A stretch of 64,000 nt of DNA from Histomonas meleagridis 2922-C6/04-290x (taxonomy: Eukaryota; Protista; Parabasalia). Shown here piece by piece: positions 62,407 through 64,000 of the stretch. The stretch spans positions 248,001 to 312,000 of the forward strand of contig JAANOX010000070.1 in the NCBI GenBank assembly GCA_020184695.1, in the 5' to 3' direction. The position numbers and the translations under genes are program-made. The notes under the pieces were generated by a model that searched no databases, had not been told where the DNA came from, and was given only the letters and a program-made list of their open reading frames with translations. The stretch's first letter is position 1, and each line of letters starts with the position of its first letter.

Positions 62407-63210
62407 ATGTCCATAGAGGAAGAAATTTTTGCTGAATTAGATGATAAAAACATAAATATGAACTTGGAATTACTTTCCAAAATTCAATACACACAACCTG
62501 AATTCAAAGAATTGAAAGATTTTTCTGTTCTTTCTCTCATTTATCATGGAAATATGTCATCTTTATTTATTGGCAAAATGAACGGTGAAAATGTTATAAT
62601 TGAAACATGTACTCGCGTTCCTTTCATACTTGTTTGCCGAGAAATTTCTTTATTAAATGAATTAAATATTCCAAATATCATAAAAATAGTTGGAATCACT
62701 CGTAATCCTTCATTAGGAATTATCTCGTTAGCTTATAGTTCGTTTGATTTTTTAACAAATCTTGAAACCATTCCACTGGAAAAACTTCCAAATCTCTTAA
62801 TTTCTCTTTTATCAATTTTAAAGGCATTACATAAAAAGCAAATCTCCCATGGATGGATTTGCCGCTCATCGATTATGGTTTCTCCGGATTATTCACATGT
62901 TACACTTTCATCTTTTCACGCAGCATCGAAAATTGATAGTCAGAGACCGTTAATTGTAAATACTAATTGTTCACCGACGAATAGATGCGAAGATGATCCA
63001 CGCAAAGACGATGTTTATTCTGCTGCTCTTTGGTTCCTTTCGTTCTACAAGAAAAATCCAAAAACTGCATTGAAAGAAATAAAATCACTTCCATTAGAAC
63101 AAAAATTAAGAAAAGTAATAAAATTAATGACAAATGCAAACTTAGAAAAAAGAATTACCGCAAGTGTTGCAATAAAGTGCTTGCAAAAAGTCCTCCGAAC
63201 AAAAAAGTAA
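62407..63210 (+). CDS. Protein kinase-fold pseudokinase, CK2-alpha-like
   Basis: REISLLNELNIPNIIKI, LKALHKKQISHGWI and DDVYSAAL align with kinase subdomains. VAIK Lys is replaced (VIIE), HRD is HGW and DFG is SFH. Confidence 0.72.
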   Translation: MSIEEEIFAELDDKNINMNLELLSKIQYTQPEFKELKDFSVLSLIYHGNMSSLFIGKMNGENVIIETCTRVPFILVCREISLLNELNIPNIIKIVGITRNPSLGIISLAYSSFDFLTNLETIPLEKLPNLLISLLSILKALHKKQISHGWICRSSIMVSPDYSHVTLSSFHAASKIDSQRPLIVNTNCSPTNRCEDDPRKDDVYSAALWFLSFYKKNPKTALKEIKSLPLEQKLRKVIKLMTNANLEKRITASVAIKCLQKVLRTKK

Positions 63211-63385
63211 ATTATATCTGTTTTTAAAAACGACTTTTTACTTTCGTAGAATACCTTGCCTAAAAGTTTGTAAATTTTTTCATTTATTATGGTAAATAAC
63301 AGAACACCAATTTACAATGCTTCATGATTAAAAAAGAAGATACGTAAATAAACGGTCGATGCACTTTTTTTATTAAAAGTGGCAT

Positions 63386-63700
63386 ATGGAGTGCGAAGAG
63401 CTTCGCAACCTAGAACACGCAGAAGATCTTGTTATTAGCTTACTGGAAAATGCAGGTAATGCTATAGGTGAACTTAAAGAAATCCAAGCAAATGATACCG
63501 ACAAAAATAGTGCATTAATTCAATATATTGCTGCTTATTTCGACAACCTCACTGAAATAAAAGAAATCCTTATTTCTGAGGTCAATTCGCTTGCCAGTTC
63601 TTCAACATTGCCACTTAGGAGACCAGGAATTGATGAATTAGCTATTTCAGAATGGCAAGCTAAAATTGTTGCTGATAACCTTCACGAAATTGCTAATTGA
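63386..63700 (+). CDS. MED11: Mediator complex subunit 11-like
   Basis: ELRNLEHAEDLVISLLENAGNAIGELKE parallels MED11 [28 protein letters not shown]. 104 aa, all-helical. Confidence 0.68.
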   Translation: MECEELRNLEHAEDLVISLLENAGNAIGELKEIQANDTDKNSALIQYIAAYFDNLTEIKEILISEVNSLASSSTLPLRRPGIDELAISEWQAKIVADNLHEIAN

Positions 63701-63914
63701 AAACTTAACATAAACATTTGTATTTTACCATCAGATCTTATTTATTAAAAATCAATCATTTCAAAATCCATAAGATCAAACTTCCCTATATTTTATAAAA
63801 AGGTTTTAATGACACAAGTTTAAATTATTATCAGATGAATTTTTGTGATTTTTTTGAAGTTTTAAATCAATAAAAGTGACACGCAGGGAAAACCGTTATA
63901 TTTCAAAGTGATTT

Positions 63915-63933
63915 AACGGTTTGGCCGTCCTTT
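63915..63933 (+). promoter_or_regulatory. M3 (AACGGTTT) plus M5 (CCTTT) trichomonad core promoter
   Basis: M3-like motif at 63915-63922 and CCTTT at 63929-63933, 7 nt before the ATG at 63940. This pairing is typical of trichomonad ribosomal-protein-type promoters. Confidence 0.55.
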
Positions 63934-63939
63934 TGGTTA

Positions 63940-64000
63940 ATGTCTAAGCCAGCCGTTGAAGCCAAGCAACAACAAACAAAGAAAACAAAGGAAGAAGCTT
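63940..64000 (+). CDS. 5' end of a gene running off the window (MSKPAVEAKQQQTKKTKEEA...), possibly a ribosomal protein
   Basis: ATG downstream of M3/M5, with a Lys/Ala-rich start and coding-like GC. Confidence 0.48.
   Translation, partial: MSKPAVEAKQQQTKKTKEEA

Noticed and set aside
1-64000. rRNA, tRNA, CRISPR arrays, spliceosomal introns
   Set aside because: No cloverleaf, rRNA-like tract or spacer-repeat array seen. No trichomonad ACTAACACACAG-type intron end found at any frameshift. A covariance-model scan was not possible.

Overview
This is strongly AT-rich, apparently intronless eukaryotic DNA read in the standard genetic code. Gene content and promoter motifs point to a parabasalid (trichomonad; Tritrichomonas/Histomonas/Trichomonas-like): TCA(T/C)T initiators, M3/M5-like elements, BspA-type LRR proteins, DUF3447-type ankyrin relics and a bacterial-type NlpC/P60. 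The species cannot be fixed from sequence alone. Bases ~1-21.3 kb hold mostly intact housekeeping genes: PP2A-A, a UBR-box E3, AP-4 beta, GCP4, ALG1-like, RNASEK-like, POLA2, NAA10 and eIF3c. Bases ~22-62 kb are a high-turnover accessory zone mixed with some core genes. It has four BspA-like surface-protein loci plus family relics, a ~712-bp LRR cassette duplicated into two otherwise different genes, NlpC/P60, a triple saposin, a second Stealth gene, a BTB-4xUBL-KPVIY fusion split at an A11 run, and many pseudogenes. The strongest novelty candidate is an ~0.9-kb tyrosine-recombinase element at 39803-40718. It has perfect 50-bp inverted repeats, an abutting GCGAAGC-capped palindrome resembling a recombinase core site, and what appear to be two recombinase parts in opposite orientation. 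All protein family calls come from motif recognition by eye; no database searches were run.
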